DNA of 64,000 bases from Candidatus Multivoradales bacterium (GTDB lineage Bacteria; Acidobacteriota; Thermoanaerobaculia; Multivoradales; JAHEKO01), in the NCBI GenBank assembly GCA_965248055.1, contig CBDFIJ010000004.1:3040001-3104000 (forward strand). Reading direction: 5' to 3'. The stretch's first letter is position 1. Each line of letters starts with the position of its first letter. Position numbers and translations under genes: made by a program. The notes under the pieces were generated by a model. It had not been told where the DNA came from. It ran no database searches and saw only the letters and a program-made list of their open reading frames with translations. Below are positions 62,073 through 64,000 of the stretch, in pieces.

Positions 62073-63124
62073 TGTATCACGACATCATCAAAGGCAAGAT
62101 TCGTCGCCAGAGCATTCTGCACGAAGCGATGCTGGAGCTCACCTACAAGTGCAACTTAGATTGCTTCTTTTGTTACAACGACCGCAAGCTGGAAGGCCGG
62201 CCGCTCTCCGTCGCCGACTATGAAACGTTGCTCGATGACCTAGAGCGCATGGGGGTGTTGTTTATTGTCCTCACCGGAGGCGAACCTCTGATCCATCCGC
62301 ATTTTTATGAAATCGGACGCGCGGCTCGCGACCGCGGCTTTGCGATTCGCGTCAAGACCGGTGCCCACGGCCTGCACGGCCGAACCGCCGAACGGCTCAA
62401 AGCAGAGGTCAATCCCTTGCAGACCGAAATAAGCTTGCACGGAGCGACCGCAGAAGCCCATGATCGGCAAACCCAGGTTCCCGGGAGTTTCGACAAATTG
62501 ATCGTGGCGATTCCAGAGTTACTTGCTCTAGACCTACGTCCATCCTTCGTCACCACCTTGACCGCTTGGAATGAACACCAAGTCGAGCAGATGTTTTCAT
62601 TGTCCGACCAGCTCGGCGTGCGCTTGCGCTTCCAAGGTCCCGTCGCCCCGCGCGACGACGGCGACACCAGTCCCTTCGCGATTCAGCCCTCCAGAGCTGG
62701 ATGGGAAAAGGTCACCGAGATTGCCAAGCGCCGCCGGGAGGAAGTTCCGGTAGAAATGGACTGTTCGTCCAAGGGTCGGGTAAATGAGCCCGGAGAACTC
62801 AAGCCCCATTGTGGCGTCGGCAGTGAAGAAGTCTTGGTCGATCCCTATGGCAGCGTCTTCCCCTGTCTCCATGTAAGGCGTTCTGCCGGCAATGTTCACC
62901 AGGATTCCATCGAAGAAATCTGGAAGTCGTACGTTTTCCGTGATGCTCGACAGCTCTCCCTCGATTCCGCAAAACGCCTCAAGGAAGAAGGTCCGCTGCA
63001 TCTGTTCGACGCTCCGGTCTTTTGTCCCGGGCTTGAGGAGAAAGGATGTTCCTGTTCCACCCCGGACCAGCGAGCTGCTAGCCCCGTCGATTCTTCCCTG
63101 GTACAACTCGGTAGCCTGAGTTAG
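62072..63124 (+). CDS. Radical SAM peptide maturase, copy 2
   Basis: Same CNLDCFFC, TGGEP, CG.G...DPYG..FPC and CPGLEEKGCSC as copy 1. Confidence 0.92.
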   Translation: MYHDIIKGKIRRQSILHEAMLELTYKCNLDCFFCYNDRKLEGRPLSVADYETLLDDLERMGVLFIVLTGGEPLIHPHFYEIGRAARDRGFAIRVKTGAHGLHGRTAERLKAEVNPLQTEISLHGATAEAHDRQTQVPGSFDKLIVAIPELLALDLRPSFVTTLTAWNEHQVEQMFSLSDQLGVRLRFQGPVAPRDDGDTSPFAIQPSRAGWEKVTEIAKRRREEVPVEMDCSSKGRVNEPGELKPHCGVGSEEVLVDPYGSVFPCLHVRRSAGNVHQDSIEEIWKSYVFRDARQLSLDSAKRLKEEGPLHLFDAPVFCPGLEEKGCSCSTPDQRAASPVDSSLVQLGSLS

Positions 63125-63461
63125 ATCCCGGCCCCCCGCTCTACCTCGCGCCGGGATGACGAGCACCAGAGCCTTCGCTGCGATGGTGAGAAAACGCCTG
63201 CCCCCGCGGGAACGTGTGGCTAGCCCCGTCGATTCTTCCCTGGTACAACTCGGTAGCCTGAGTTAGATCCCGGCCCGCCGCTCTACCCCGCGCCGGGATG
63301 ACGAGCACCAGAGCCTTCGCTGTGATGGTGAGAAAACGCCTGGCCCCGCGGGAACGGCCCCGCGGGAACGTGTGTGGTGGGCGGGGATCAACCCGGTAGG
63401 TTGCCGGGATGACCAAGCATTCTCATCCCCGTAAGTGGGAAGTCTTTGGAGTCGGGGATCT
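63077..63461. repeat. 142-bp tandem duplication (rSAM 3' end + REP) followed by further CGTC-type REPs
   Basis: GCTAGCCCCGTCGATTCTTCCC... occurs at 63077 and 63219. Confidence 0.85.
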
Positions 63462-63870
63462 GCCTCCATTCGCGAAGGTATTTGGCCGATCTAGTTTTCG
63501 ATATCCAGTGCGGCGTAACTCCCTAGAACGCTTGAGAGCTAGGCGGTGGCATGGGAGGTGCTCGGTTAAGGTCGTCCAGGCCGCATGTAGTGTGGCAACT
63601 GAATCTTGCCGCCATATCCGTCGGTCTCACATAGGTGTAACCGTGGATGAGCGGTTCAAGTGACCTAGATCAAACACCTGTGAGACAGCGCCGTTAGTCG
63701 CCGAGGCTGTGGGGGATGTGGGAATCTCGTGAGAGATTTCCAAGGGCTGTGGGAAGGCAAGCGTAGCTGGCTTTCCACCAGCCCATCATCATCCACAGCC
63801 TTGACAAGTAAAAAGGGGGCCAAGATCCTTCGGGTCTATCGAATAACCCAAAACGAAGGGAGGCCCCCAG

Positions 63871-64000
63871 ATGCAAATCGTCGCACTCGATCCAAGTTTC
63901 TACAAGTACTACCGTGAAGACATCGTTGTCTTAAGCTCTCAGGCTCGTGATCGGCTGCGCTTGGTTGCGAGCTTCGAGCAACTACGCGACAAGGGGATCT
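63871..64000 (+). CDS. N-terminus of a probable IS481-like transposase, cut by the window end
   Basis: GGGAGG RBS; MQIVALDPSFYKYYREDIVVLSSQARDRLRLVASFEQLRDKGI; upstream GCTGTGG...CCACAGC structure and GTCTCACA/TGTGAGAC inverted repeat. Confidence 0.45.
   Translation, partial: MQIVALDPSFYKYYREDIVVLSSQARDRLRLVASFEQLRDKGI

Noticed and set aside
57839-63124. PQQ or lasso-peptide biosynthesis
   Set aside because: No PqqA ExxxY core or pqqB/C; no lasso cyclase or B2 peptidase, and no evident Thr(-2) cleavage context.

Overview
GC-rich bacterial chromosomal window. The gene style (Oar-like TonB receptor, DUF885, M1/M3 peptidases) suggests Acidobacteriota; this is inference only. The first ~52 kb is mostly housekeeping: transporters, peptidases, a B12 mutase cluster (icmF, a beta-alpha fused methylmalonyl-CoA mutase, meaB), a class Ic-type ribonucleotide reductase with NrdR and DnaA boxes, an MrfA-MrfB-like helicase-exonuclease fusion, fabI and HU. 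Intergenic spaces hold several palindromic REP-like families, one apparently inserted into a tRNA-Arg-like gene. The last 12 kb is the most interesting part: (1) a complete IS3 element; (2) a divergent Elp3 / Trm9-like methyltransferase pair, suggesting eukaryote/archaea-style mcm5U34 tRNA modification; (3) between them, a small GIY-YIG nuclease flanked by direct repeats with 32-bp hairpin tandem arrays, related to repeats dispersed across the window; (4) a putative RiPP cluster with one Cys-containing YxxPxI precursor and two copies of an HPrK-like kinase / PqqD / radical SAM module. All calls come from reading motifs by eye; no database search was run.
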